A DNA stretch of 64,000 nucleotides from Nitrosomonadales bacterium (GTDB lineage Bacteria; Pseudomonadota; Gammaproteobacteria; Burkholderiales; Thiobacillaceae), in NCBI GenBank assembly GCA_043779595.1, contig JAYWDZ010000336.1:1269-65268 (forward strand). Direction: 5' to 3'. The notes below the pieces were generated by a model. It had not been told where the DNA came from and did not search any database. It saw only the letters and a list, made by a program, of their open reading frames with translations. This document shows, piece after piece, positions 19,643 through 30,539 of the stretch. The position numbers and the translations under genes are program-made. Numbering within the stretch: the first letter of the stretch is position 1; each line of letters starts with the position of its first letter.

Positions 19643-20033
19643 AATTTCGTTTCTCTATTAGTTCGTTTTGCGGTTTCGCGTACTTGCCGGGGAGGTGCTA
19701 CTGTGTACTTAACTGCGAACTTTGCAACCGTGTTTCGTTTAAACCATTAATACCATTAAGTTTTTTCTCAATCAGCTGCGTACTTTCAAATTCCCGTTCA
19801 CATTTGGTTCGCTAGGCTTATTTTTGGTGCTGAGGGCTACATGCTATAAACAATCGACAACAATAGCCACGGAACGAAGTCATAGCGCATATCTCGCCCA
19901 TGCTCACACGTTGCGCCGTCGTCGTCCGGCAACTTCCGCAGCCGATGTTTCTCTCCATAGGTGGGGAACAAGTCAGGTCGGCTTTTACAGTGACGGCTAA
20001 CGCCACCCGGCCTGCTGAGTGCATACAGGTCGC

Positions 20034-20393
20034 TCAGCCCGTAACGAGTTGTGGGGTTTCGGCTAGGTGTTGCGGCCAAGCCGGGGTTGCGTTTTCCCAC
20101 TCCATCGCCCGAAAGCACGTCAGCGCGTTTACCGGGTCAGCCAAAGCCGCCGCCAGTGCTTCCGCGTGTTCGGCTTCGGTGAGGTCGTAACGCTCGCCGC
20201 ATAGCCGGACAAGACGGATCAGTTCTGCGGACTCCGATTCGAGTGCGGCGAGCAGACATGGCTTGTTGTCCCGAATCAGCGTGCGCAGGTCGTCGGTCAG
20301 GCGGTCGGACGGGGTTACGATCAGGCGGTCGCCGTGGGCGGTCAGAATCAGGCCAGATTCGCGGATCAGATGTAAAACATCAGGCGCACCCAT
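20034..20393 (-). CDS. Small satellite protein with TubC-N-like N-terminus
   Basis: GLILTAHGDRLIV.PSDRLTDDLRTLIRDNKPCLLAAL; translationally coupled to the primase/helicase stop. Confidence 0.65.
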   Translation of the reverse strand: MGAPDVLHLIRESGLILTAHGDRLIVTPSDRLTDDLRTLIRDNKPCLLAALESESAELIRLVRLCGERYDLTEAEHAEALAAALADPVNALTCFRAMEWENATPAWPQHLAETPQLVTG

Positions 20394-22255
20394 CAGAAAA
20401 TTTCCCCATCGGATGGTGCGACGGTCTGACCATACGTGCCAACCGCTCGCATATCTGCCATATTTGCCAGCTCTTTTTTGTTGGCATTTATGGCAGATAT
20501 GGCATTTATGTCGTTTTCAGGTTTGCGCCAGACGCTGCGCTTATCCTTGCCGAAACCGGTTCGGGTGATTACCGCCCCAAGCTTTTCGCGTGCGCGGTGA
20601 ACAGTTCTTTCCTTGTAGCCCATCGCTCCCGCCGCCTTCATCACGTCGCGCCGGTCGAGTTGCCCGCCTTCATCGCGCAGCAGATCGTCAAGCCATTGCA
20701 CGACGCTGGATACCGCATCGCCGCCTTCGTCTTCAGTCGCATCAGCTTCGGCCAGAATGTCACGCGCCGCACCCTCAATCGCCGCACCAAACACAGCACT
20801 CGATGCAAATATTCCGGGATGTCCGGGTAGCTCGCCTTGGCGCAGCTCATAATAGAATCCGCCATCGTCAGCGCCAAGGTTTGACTTTGCGCGAAGTAGT
20901 ACCCGGCGGGCTTCGCTGTCACCGCCTTGGTCTTGATGCTTTGCAGCAACCATGACTAGACGTGCCAAAGCACCGAAGGCAAGACTTCCCGTGATGCGCT
21001 CGGTTGGGTCCCGCCCGGCTGTCCCTTTGGAAAAGTGCGTAACTCCTACCAGTGCACAGCCCATGCGTCCGGCAAGATCAACCAAAGGCGCAAGCGCGCG
21101 CCGCACTTCGGCGTTTTTATGACTATCGCCAGCTACAGCAGACACTATGGGGTCAACGATTAACAGCCGAACGTCGCCGATACCATCGAGCGCATCCGAT
21201 AGCGGTCGCATATCTTTTGCGGGATCAAATGCGCGCTTGCCCTCAGCGTCGAGAACGTCGCCTACAAAATAAATCCGGTTCACGTCAGCACCGGACAGAA
21301 TCAGGCGCGGTAACAGGGTGTCGGTCGGATCATCTTCGCCCGACCAAACGACAACATTACCCAACGCAGCGCGCGTGCCATCCGGCCAGCGCCCGCCGGT
21401 TGTAATCGTCGCGGCCATTGCAAGTGCAAGTGTCGTTTTTCCCGTACCGGGCGCGCCGCCAAGAATGTGTAGTTTGCCAGCGGCTAACCAGCCAGGCCAA
21501 AGCCATTTAACTGCTTCAGGGGTCAGGTCGCAGCCGCGAATAATACTTACCTCGCTTGCGTAGCGGCTTGCGCCGTGCATGGTATAGGGCTTTGCTTCAA
21601 CCAGCCCTTGATCGTCACTCTCCGTCGATTCTGATGAGGCGATTTTCGACAAGGCGAGAATATCAGCAGCCGTTGCACCCGGATGCGCTTTCAGCCAGTC
21701 AACACAATCACCTTTCAGCGGCAAGTCAAGCGCGGCCACGTCGATTATTGAAACGGTGCAACCGATAGCCTCAAGCGCAAGTTTCACGCTGGCCGCATAT
21801 CGTTGCCCGGCTTCGTCATGGTCAGGCCAGACAATCACGGTACGCCCGGCCAGTGTTGACCAGTCCGCTTTCGCAGCCGAATCAGCCGCGCCCGACGTGG
21901 TGGCGAGTATGCCCAGCTTGGCTAGCGCATCCGCGCAAGGCTCGCCTTCAACATTCAGGACGGGTTCGTATTGATTCGCTACCAGATCATGCAGCCGATA
22001 CAAAGGCGTGCCGTTCGGGTAGTTAGGCTGTCTCAATTCAAAGACAGCGCCCGCCCGCATCAATGGCCGTATCCACTTGTCCCCGGTATCGGGATTCTTT
22101 AGGCGAATCCGCCAGTGCATCGGGTTGCCGTGGGGGTCGGTGTACTCATGCAATGCTTGCGGTTTGAAGCCGTCAACAATGGCCTTGCGGCCCAGGTGTC
22201 GGGCGTGGTGCTTTACCCATGTCGTGACGTGTGAATCATATCGAACGGTCATCAT
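20393..22255 (-). CDS. Toprim primase + AAA (RepA/AAA_25-like) helicase
   Basis: Toprim motifs VEGEPCAD and WPDHDEAG; Walker A GAPGTGKTT; SGEDD; Walker B LLIVDP; VTHFSK. Confidence 0.88.
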   Translation of the reverse strand: MMTVRYDSHVTTWVKHHARHLGRKAIVDGFKPQALHEYTDPHGNPMHWRIRLKNPDTGDKWIRPLMRAGAVFELRQPNYPNGTPLYRLHDLVANQYEPVLNVEGEPCADALAKLGILATTSGAADSAAKADWSTLAGRTVIVWPDHDEAGQRYAASVKLALEAIGCTVSIIDVAALDLPLKGDCVDWLKAHPGATAADILALSKIASSESTESDDQGLVEAKPYTMHGASRYASEVSIIRGCDLTPEAVKWLWPGWLAAGKLHILGGAPGTGKTTLALAMAATITTGGRWPDGTRAALGNVVVWSGEDDPTDTLLPRLILSGADVNRIYFVGDVLDAEGKRAFDPAKDMRPLSDALDGIGDVRLLIVDPIVSAVAGDSHKNAEVRRALAPLVDLAGRMGCALVGVTHFSKGTAGRDPTERITGSLAFGALARLVMVAAKHQDQGGDSEARRVLLRAKSNLGADDGGFYYELRQGELPGHPGIFASSAVFGAAIEGAARDILAEADATEDEGGDAVSSVVQWLDDLLRDEGGQLDRRDVMKAAGAMGYKERTVHRAREKLGAVITRTGFGKDKRSVWRKPENDINAISAINANKKELANMADMRAVGTYGQTVAPSDGEIF

Positions 22256-22569
22256 GGTTGCACCTCCCAAGCGCCTAAATCTTGCGCCGCTCGAACAAAC
22301 GGCAGGCCGGTTATCAGCCTATGGAATGCCAACACGTCGCCACCGTGCGCACCACATACCATGCAGCGGAATGCACCTGTATCGAGTCGCACGCGCAAAC
22401 TGGGGTTGGTGTCTTGATGAAATGGGCAAACGGCATTTTTCCATTCGCCGCCGCCGGTGAGTTTCAGCCCATGGGCTTTGAAATACTCGGCAGGACTTGG
22501 CAACAAGGAACGCTTGAAGCCGAAGGGTGTGCGGGTGTCACTGCCCCGCGTGAGGTTCGCGTATAGCAT
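22252..22569 (-). CDS. CHC2 zinc-finger protein (stand-alone primase Zn-binding domain)
   Basis: CPFHQDTNPSL...FRCMVCGAHGGDVL; GGAGG RBS; overlaps the primase start (ATGA). Confidence 0.85.
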   Translation of the reverse strand: MLYANLTRGSDTRTPFGFKRSLLPSPAEYFKAHGLKLTGGGEWKNAVCPFHQDTNPSLRVRLDTGAFRCMVCGAHGGDVLAFHRLITGLPFVRAAQDLGAWEVQP

Positions 22570-22581
22570 GGCGGCCTCCGA

Positions 22582-22797
22582 TCAGGCTGCCAGTTTGGCA
22601 ATAGCTCGCCGGACTTCACCGACATTGAAGCGTGTAGTATTTGCTCCAAGTTTTTTGGGCGATGGAAGCCGTCCAGTTCTTACCCAACGCCAGGCTGTAA
22701 CCTGAGAAACGCCCAGCAATGCTGCGAGCGTACGGACTGAAATAAAGCCGCAGTCCGGTACAAGGTCGAAATTTTGCGGTATGGTTTGAAGTGACAC
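22582..22797 (-). CDS. AlpA-family excisionase/regulator
   Basis: LAALLGVSQVTAWRWVRTGRLPSPKKLGANTTRFNVGEV; AAGGAG RBS before the GTG at 22797. Confidence 0.85.
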   Translation of the reverse strand: MSLQTIPQNFDLVPDCGFISVRTLAALLGVSQVTAWRWVRTGRLPSPKKLGANTTRFNVGEVRRAIAKLAA

Positions 22798-22889
22798 GGT
22801 AGCTCCTTGCATGAAAGAAGCCCGCATTTGGCACTTGATTAAAATTGAAGTATCTACAGCGCCATATGGCACCCTACATAAAGCGACAA

Positions 22890-23474
22890 TTACTTTTCAA
22901 TTCTGTGGATGCCATTGGCTTTGTCAATCTGACTTCGGTATTTTCTATGAGCTTTTTCGAGTTGATTATGAGTGATTTTTCGCTTCGGGCATGCGGGGTG
23001 AAACTCCGCCATGTCATCGCGCTTGCTAGCCTTCCAGTCTTCAAAGATTTTGTTGTTTTTATCAATCCAGTTATTGATGAATAAAGTAACTCGCTTATAT
23101 TCCTTTTTGGTCTGAGCTTTTAAATTACGGTCGGCCATCCAGGCTAGCAGGCGCGCTTCAGATTGTGGTTTTGTTGGCTTGTTCGGAACTAGAACTTTGG
23201 AGAAAAGTTCCAAACCACTTTTGGTTGATTTTCCTCTTGCGAGTAAAGAGTCATTCAGAAGTCGTTCACTGATAAATTTTAAAGATTCAGCATCTAAAGG
23301 CCATATACCTTTTTCGGCAAGCTTAAGACGCGCTTCATTGTTCTCGGCTATTCCGTGAAGAAACCAAGCCAGGTGTAGCCCTAAATTTTTTGCTTCTGAA
23401 ATATCACCCGCCTTTATCCAGTTAACAATCTCTGAGCTGGTTAACATATGGCTGAACTTACTTGGTCTTCTCAT
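22890..23474 (-). CDS. AT-rich hypothetical cargo protein
   Basis: ~194-aa Lys-rich ORF between integrase and AlpA; visibly lower GC than its neighbours. Confidence 0.6.
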   Translation of the reverse strand: MRRPSKFSHMLTSSEIVNWIKAGDISEAKNLGLHLAWFLHGIAENNEARLKLAEKGIWPLDAESLKFISERLLNDSLLARGKSTKSGLELFSKVLVPNKPTKPQSEARLLAWMADRNLKAQTKKEYKRVTLFINNWIDKNNKIFEDWKASKRDDMAEFHPACPKRKITHNQLEKAHRKYRSQIDKANGIHRIEK

Positions 23475-23546
23475 GTTTAAGGCACCACGCTGCGAATTGA
23501 AACAACACGGAAACAGGTAATGAAGAAATCGCATGAACTCGCAAAA

Positions 23547-24774
23547 TCATGCGGTCTTGCCACGTAGGGATATCACGTCCGCTCCCACTTTGATTTTGTC
23601 CAAATAGTCCGCCCACACTTGCCTGAACGTCGCAAGATGATGCAGCAATGGGTGCCGTGCGGTTGTAGGCGCGTCCGTTTGGGTCTTTTACGGCATGGGC
23701 CAGCTGGTGCTCAATGAAGTCAGGACGGAAGTTCAGCACTTCATCCAGAATCGTGCGCGCCATCGCGCGGAAGCCGTGCGCGGTCATTTCTTCCTTGGTG
23801 TAGCCCATACGTCGCAGTGCAGCGTTAATGGTGTTTTCCGACATTGGCCGCGAGCCCCCGCGTTCCGACGGAAATACATAAACGCCGCTTCCGGTCACGG
23901 TTTTCAGTTCGCGCAGGATCGTTACCGCCTGAGTGGACAACGGCACGATATGGTCAGCGCGCATTTTCATCTTACTGCCCGGTATGTTCCATGCCGCGTC
24001 ATCCAGGTCAATTTCCGTCCATTCGGCATGGCGTAGTTCACCCGGGCGCGTGAAGCTCAAGGCTGATAGTTGCAGCGCGCACACGGTGATATAGCTACCC
24101 GTAAAGCCGCCGATGGCTCTCATCAGCCCGCCGACTGCGAGCGGGTCAGTCAGCGCCGCATGGTGCGCTGTCTCGCGCTTGGTCAGGATCAGGCTCAAGT
24201 CGATACTGGCCGACACGTCACGCGCCACCAAACCCCGGCTATCGGCATAGCGCAGCGTGCGCCCGATGTAGTTGAACACGCGCTTGGCAATATCCAGTGC
24301 GCCGCGTTGCTCGATGCGTTCGATCACGGTGCGGATATGCGCAGGTTCAAGCGCTGACACGGGCATGGCTCCGATGATAGGGAATACATCCTGTTGCAGC
24401 CGCGTCATAGTCTTTTCGCGCGTGCTGTCAGCCTTGTCGGCATATGCTTTGGCGTACCACTGGCGCGCAACGGCTTCAAAACTGTTGGCCGCGCATTCAG
24501 CCTTTTGCCTTTTGGTCGCCTTCTTCAATTCGCCGGGGTCGATACCGTCAGCTATCCGCTTGCGTGCGTCGTCGCGCTTCTCTCGGGCACGGGCAAGGCC
24601 AACGTCCGGATATACCCCTAGCGCTAGGGTTTTGCGCTTGCCAGCAAAGCGGTAATCCATGCGCCAGTACTTACCGGCGAGGTTCACCAACAGATACAGA
24701 CCTTTTTCGTCGGTCAATTTGTAAGGCTTGTCGGCGGGCTTGGCTTTCTTAATGGCAGGGTCGGATAGCGGCAT
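23547..24774 (-). pseudogene. P4-type tyrosine integrase with C-terminus disrupted by a micro-inversion and frameshift
   Basis: Arm domain KPYKLTDEKGLYL, RPGELR, HGFR, EHQLAH, AYNR. The native tail WADYLDKIK...* lies in another frame ending at 23547, and HLPERRKMMQQ is encoded on the opposite strand at 23616-23648. Confidence 0.85.
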
Positions 24775-24792
24775 GGCTATTGCCTTTCATGG

Positions 24793-24857
24793 TTTTGACG
24801 GTATGCATTTTGGCGGTAGGTGAAATACCGCCATAACTACCGCCATAATTGACGGTA
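24793..24857. repeat. Putative integrase arm-type binding sites (right end)
   Basis: TTTTGACGGTA, TTTTGGCGGTA, TACCGCCATAA twice and TTGACGGTA: five copies of TACCG(C/T)CA in both orientations. Confidence 0.7.
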
Positions 24858-24891
24858 TTCCATGCTATGCCCTGATATGGGATGATGCAAC

Positions 24892-24922
24892 AAAAAACCC
24901 GCAATCCATTGATAGATGCGGG
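24892..24922 (-). terminator. Probable terminator downstream of tRNA-Leu
   Basis: Minus strand CCCGCA...TGCGGG stem followed by TTTTTT. Confidence 0.6.
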
Positions 24923-24959
24923 CTTGGTTTACTGCATGATATGGGGTGAAACGTGTGCT

Positions 24960-25046
24960 TGGTGCCGGGAGGGGGACTCGAACCCCCACACTGTTACCAG
25001 CGGCGGATTTTGAATCCGCTGCGTCTACCGATTCCGCCATCCCGGC
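24960..25046 (-). tRNA. tRNA-Leu (CAA)
   Basis: 87 nt GCCGGGATGGCGGAATCGGTAGACGCAGCGGATTCAAAATCCGCC...GGTTCGAGTCCCCCTCCCGGCACCA; anticodon CAA, long variable arm, CCA end. Confidence 0.97.
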
Positions 25047-25157
25047 CAAGAGATACCGAGGGCATGAATTGCCGCCGGGGTACAGAAGCCGCGCATTATG
25101 CTGAATTGTGGGGTTCTCGGCAAGGCAACACACATGGCAGTCTATAATCCCGGCCCC

Positions 25158-26186
25158 ATGCGCGTTGCTGATTTTGATTTTGACTTGCCGGACGACTTGA
25201 TCGCCCAGTTTCCGCCTGCCGAGCGAGGTGGGGCGAGGCTGCTGCATGTTGATCATGGTGTACCGCATGACCGGTGGTTTCGAGATTTGCCAGCATTATT
25301 GCGACCGAACGACTTGCTGGTGATGAATGACACGCGCGTGATCAAGGCTCGGCTATTTGGCATCAAAGCCACAGGCGGGGAGGTGGAGTTGCTGGTCGAA
25401 CGCGTATTAAGTGAATACGAGGCGCTCGCGTTTATCCGTGCGAGCCATGCGCCACAGCCTGGCTCTGTGATTCATCTGGATGCAAAAGTTAGCCTGAAAG
25501 TTGTTGAACGTCAGAATGACCTGACCCGGCTGGTATTCCCGTCCCCTGTATTGGAGGTGCTGGAGCGCCTGGGCCATTTACCGTTGCCGCCATATATCCA
25601 GCGCACGCCCCAAGCCGATGACGAATCGCGCTATCAAACGGTTTATGCCAACGAGCCGGGCGCGGTCGCGGCGCCTACCGCTGGCTTGCATTTTGATTTA
25701 GCGATGCTGGACCGTTTGCGCGCGCTAGGGATACGCACCGCGCAGCTGACGTTGCACGTGGGTGCAGGCACTTTTCAGCCGGTACGGGTTGAGGCGGTGA
25801 GCGACCACGTGATGCATAGCGAGCGCTACACGCTGCCGCAGACGACAGTCGACGCTATTGCACAGACGCGCGCAAGCGGTGGCCGGGTAGTGGCGGTGGG
25901 CACGACCAGTTTGCGCGCATTGGAAGCGGCAGCGCAATTGGGCGAGCTGCGGGCAGGCTCGGACGAAACCCGTATTTTTATCACCCCGGGCTATGAGTTT
26001 AAAGTAGTCGATGCGCTGCTGACTAATTTTCACCTGCCGAAGTCAACACTGCTGATGTTGGTATCGGCTTTTTCGGGGATGGATGTGATTCGTCGCGCGT
26101 ATGCGCATGCGATCGCCCAGCGCTATCGGTTTTTTAGTTATGGCGACGCGATGCTTTTAGAACGAAACCCGGTACGCCCTGTATGA
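25158..26186 (+). CDS. queA: S-adenosylmethionine:tRNA ribosyltransferase-isomerase
   Basis: [60 protein letters not shown]; start taken at the ATG at 25158. Confidence 0.97.
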   Translation: MRVADFDFDLPDDLIAQFPPAERGGARLLHVDHGVPHDRWFRDLPALLRPNDLLVMNDTRVIKARLFGIKATGGEVELLVERVLSEYEALAFIRASHAPQPGSVIHLDAKVSLKVVERQNDLTRLVFPSPVLEVLERLGHLPLPPYIQRTPQADDESRYQTVYANEPGAVAAPTAGLHFDLAMLDRLRALGIRTAQLTLHVGAGTFQPVRVEAVSDHVMHSERYTLPQTTVDAIAQTRASGGRVVAVGTTSLRALEAAAQLGELRAGSDETRIFITPGYEFKVVDALLTNFHLPKSTLLMLVSAFSGMDVIRRAYAHAIAQRYRFFSYGDAMLLERNPVRPV

Positions 26187-27296
<1,110 letters not shown>

Positions 27297-27327
27297 AATC
27301 CGCGAGTTTTCAATTCGGAAGTTACCC

Positions 27328-27642
27328 ATGATTTCACTTGCCCATGCAGCCTCCGCGACTGGCACCCCGGCCATCACCGATTTTTTACCGCTGATTATTA
27401 TTTTCATCCTGTTCTGGTTCATGCTGATTCGCCCGCAAATGAAGCGCGCCAAGGATCAGAAAAAGCTGATGGGCGAACTGCAAAAGGGCGACGAGGTTGT
27501 TACTGCGAGTGGACAGGTCGGCAAAATCGCCAAAATTAGCGACCAATATATCGCGCTCGAAATTGCCGACGGCGTGGTGACCAACGTACAAAAACAATCC
27601 GTGCAAACCTTGCTACCCAAGGGAACGATTAAAGGTCTTTAG
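27328..27642 (+). CDS. yajC: Preprotein translocase subunit YajC
   Basis: FMLIRPQMKRAK, LQKGDEVVT, LPKGTIK; located between tgt and secD. Confidence 0.95.
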   Translation: MISLAHAASATGTPAITDFLPLIIIFILFWFMLIRPQMKRAKDQKKLMGELQKGDEVVTASGQVGKIAKISDQYIALEIADGVVTNVQKQSVQTLLPKGTIKGL

Positions 27643-27713
27643 CAGGAGTAGGGCTGGGAGCGAGACTTCTAGCCCAGCCGTCACTCTTTTCACCCTAACT
27701 CCACTCTGACAAT

Positions 27714-29531
27714 ATGAACCGCTACCCGCTCTGGAAATATATCCTCATAGCTTTCACGCTGCTGGTGGGCTTGCTGTATGCGCTACCTAATTTTTTTGGC
27801 GAAGTGCCGGCGGTGCAGGTGTCGCCTGTACGCGCCTCAGTCAAAGCCGATCCGACCATCATGCTAAAGCAGGCGGAGCAGGCGTTGGCCGAAGCGCGCA
27901 TTCCCTACACTGGCGCTGAAATCACCGGCAATAGCATGAAATTGCATTTCGCCAATACCGACATACAGGGCAAAGCCAAGGATGTGATTGCCGCAGCGCT
28001 TGGCGATAACTATACGGTCGCGCTTAATCTGGTGTCCGCGTCACCCGCCTGGCTTACTTTCATTAATGCTCGTCCAATGTACCTGGGCCTGGACTTGCGC
28101 GGTGGCGTGCATTTTCTGCTTGAAGTGGATATGGCGGCGGCGCTAGATAAAGCAGCCAGCCGCTATCAGAACGATTTTCGCACTGAGCTGCGGAACGAAA
28201 AAATCCGCTATAGCCGCATCGAAAAAGCCGGTCAAAGTGTGATCGTGCATTTTAGCACCCGTGATCAGCGCGACGCAGCGCAGACAAAACTTGCGGAAAA
28301 CTTTGTTGATCTCACCTTTACCCCTGCCGATCTTGCGGACGAATTCACCCTCAGCGCCAGGCTCAAACCCCAAGCTGAAAAACGCGTGCAAGAATTTGCG
28401 CTGCAGCAGAACATCACTACGCTAAGAAACCGCGTTAACGAACTGGGCGTGGCCGAACCGGTGATTCAACAACAAGGCGCAAACCGCGTCGTAGTGCAAT
28501 TGCCCGGTGTACAAGACACAGCCAAGGCTAAAGACATCCTGGGGCGTACGGCCACGCTGGAAATTCGTATGGTCGATGAACTGGCCAATGCCGCCGCGGT
28601 AGCTTCGGGCCAGACACCGTTGGGCGACGATCTCGTGCCTAGCCGTGAAGGCCAACCTATTGCGGTCAAAAAAGACGTCGTGCTAACCGGCGATTCGATC
28701 ACCGATGCTTCACCGGGATTCGACAGTCAATCCGGTCAGGCCGCGGTTCACGTCAATCTGGACGGCAAAGGCGCGCGGATATTTAAAGACACTTCGCGTG
28801 AAAACGTCGGTAAGCGCATGGCGATTCTGCTGATCGAAAAAGGCAAAGCCGAAATCATCACGGCGCCCGTTATACGTGAAGAAATCGGCGGTGGCCGGGT
28901 CCAGATCACCGGCATGGATTCACCGCAGGAAGCCTCAGACGTCGCATTGCTGCTACGCGCCGGCGCACTGGCCGCACCAATGCAGATTGTTGAAGAGCGC
29001 ACCGTCGGCCCTAGCATGGGTGCCGAAAATATCAGCAAGGGTTTCCACTCCAATATCTGGGGATTTGCTGTCGTCGCCTTGTTTATGATTTTTTACTATC
29101 GTATGTTCGGTCTGTTTTCTACGTTGGCGCTGGCGATTAACGGATTCTTCCTGGTCGCATTGTTGTCGATGATTCAGGCCACCTTGACCTTGCCTGGCAT
29201 GGCCGCGATCGCGCTCACGCTGGGTATGGCGATTGACGCCAACGTGCTGATCAATGAACGTATCCGGGAAGAACTACGCCACGGCACCACGCCGCAGGCC
29301 GCGATCCACGCCGGTTACGACCGCGCCTGGGGCACGATTCTGGACTCCAATCTGACTACGCTGATCGCTGGCATAGCGCTATTCTGGTTAGGCTCAGGCC
29401 CGGTGCGTGGCTTTGCAGTGGTGCTATGTCTGGGCATACTCACTTCCATGTTCAGCGCGGTGACTATCTCGCGCGCCATGGCTAATCTCACCTACGGGCG
29501 TCAAGCACGTCTGACCAAAGTCTCCATCTGA
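27714..29531 (+). CDS. secD: Protein translocase subunit SecD
   Basis: MNRYPLWKY, LGLDLRGGVHF, RVNELGVAEP, LLRAGALAAP, DANVLINERIREE. Confidence 0.97.
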   Translation: MNRYPLWKYILIAFTLLVGLLYALPNFFGEVPAVQVSPVRASVKADPTIMLKQAEQALAEARIPYTGAEITGNSMKLHFANTDIQGKAKDVIAAALGDNYTVALNLVSASPAWLTFINARPMYLGLDLRGGVHFLLEVDMAAALDKAASRYQNDFRTELRNEKIRYSRIEKAGQSVIVHFSTRDQRDAAQTKLAENFVDLTFTPADLADEFTLSARLKPQAEKRVQEFALQQNITTLRNRVNELGVAEPVIQQQGANRVVVQLPGVQDTAKAKDILGRTATLEIRMVDELANAAAVASGQTPLGDDLVPSREGQPIAVKKDVVLTGDSITDASPGFDSQSGQAAVHVNLDGKGARIFKDTSRENVGKRMAILLIEKGKAEIITAPVIREEIGGGRVQITGMDSPQEASDVALLLRAGALAAPMQIVEERTVGPSMGAENISKGFHSNIWGFAVVALFMIFYYRMFGLFSTLALAINGFFLVALLSMIQATLTLPGMAAIALTLGMAIDANVLINERIREELRHGTTPQAAIHAGYDRAWGTILDSNLTTLIAGIALFWLGSGPVRGFAVVLCLGILTSMFSAVTISRAMANLTYGRQARLTKVSI

Positions 29532-29541
29532 GCCCCTTACC

Positions 29542-30474
29542 ATGATCGAATTTTTTCCGTTCAAAAAAGACATCCCCTTCATGCGTTGGGGCAAGGTCAC
29601 GACTTTTATTTCGCTCGCCACTTTTATCCTGGCCGTCGCTGCGCTTGCGACTAAAGGGCTGAATCTGGGCGTGGACTTTACCGGTGGCACGCTAATGGAA
29701 GTGGCCTACCCCCATCCGGCGGACCTAGCCTCGGTCCGCCACGTGCTGGAAAGTACCGGCCTTCCCGAAGTCTCGGTGCAAACCTTTGGCACCAGCCGTG
29801 ATGTATTGATTCGCCTGCCCCTCAAAGGAGGAGGCAGTGCCGCCGAAACCAGCAACACCATTATGCGTGCACTCAAAACTGCCGATTCTGCAGTGGAACT
29901 CAAGCGCGTCGATTTCGTGGGGCCGCAGGTGGGCAAAGAGCTTTATGACAGCGGCGCACTGGCTTTGCTCGTAGTTGCGGGGGGGATTTTGGCCTACTTG
30001 GCCATTCGCTTCGAGTGGCGCTTCGCCCTTGCGGCGATCATCGCCAACCTGCACGACGTCGTCATCATTCTGGGCATGTTCGCGTTCTTTCAATGGGAGT
30101 TTACGCTGACAGTACTCGCTGGCGTGCTGGCGGTGCTGGGCTATTCGGTCAATGAGTCGGTGGTGGTGTTCGACCGGATTCGTGAAAACATCCGCAAAAT
30201 GCGTGGCGCTACGATTCCAGACATTATTGACAACGCGATCACCACGACCATGAGCCGTACCATCATCACTCACGCCGCAACGCAAACCATGGTGCTATCG
30301 ATGCTGCTATTCGGCGGCGAAGCGCTACACAATTTCGCACTGGCGCTCACCATCGGAATTTTGTTTGGTATCTATTCCTCTGTGCTGGTCGCGAGCCCGC
30401 TATTGTTGATGTTTGGAGTCAAGCGCGAGCACTTTATCAAGCCGATCGAGAAAAAAGAGGAAGCAGTCGTCTAG
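29542..30474 (+). CDS. secF: Protein translocase subunit SecF
   Basis: LGVDFTGGT, VGPQVGKEL, HDVVI, GYSVNESVVVFDRIREN. Confidence 0.97.
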   Translation: MIEFFPFKKDIPFMRWGKVTTFISLATFILAVAALATKGLNLGVDFTGGTLMEVAYPHPADLASVRHVLESTGLPEVSVQTFGTSRDVLIRLPLKGGGSAAETSNTIMRALKTADSAVELKRVDFVGPQVGKELYDSGALALLVVAGGILAYLAIRFEWRFALAAIIANLHDVVIILGMFAFFQWEFTLTVLAGVLAVLGYSVNESVVVFDRIRENIRKMRGATIPDIIDNAITTTMSRTIITHAATQTMVLSMLLFGGEALHNFALALTIGILFGIYSSVLVASPLLLMFGVKREHFIKPIEKKEEAVV

Positions 30475-30539
30475 ATTGGGTGGCTTTAGAGTTTGGCCAA
30501 GTCAAACTCTCTATCCCTGACTGGGCAAACGCTAGACAT

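Larger units (their letters stand above)
18850..24982. mobile_element. ~6.1-kb integrated phage-satellite-like element in tRNA-Leu
   Basis: Bounded by direct repeats of the tRNA 3' end; contains a P4-type integrase, AlpA, zinc-finger and primase/helicase genes and an immunity gene; no capsid or tail genes. Confidence 0.88.

Noticed and set aside
19650-20030. Short repeats (ACCATTAA twice, GTTTCG-like) and small ORFs as a possible satellite origin
   Set aside because: Too short and irregular to call iterons; ORFs lack recognisable features.
23458-23652. 438-aa integrase ORF tail (PIAASSCDVQ...KHEKTK) and the 23534 start of the next ORF
   Set aside because: Products of the inversion frameshift; the native tail is in another frame ending at 23547.
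24837-25268. 143-aa and other ORFs across the tRNA
   Set aside because: Overlap tRNA-Leu, arm sites and queA; spurious.
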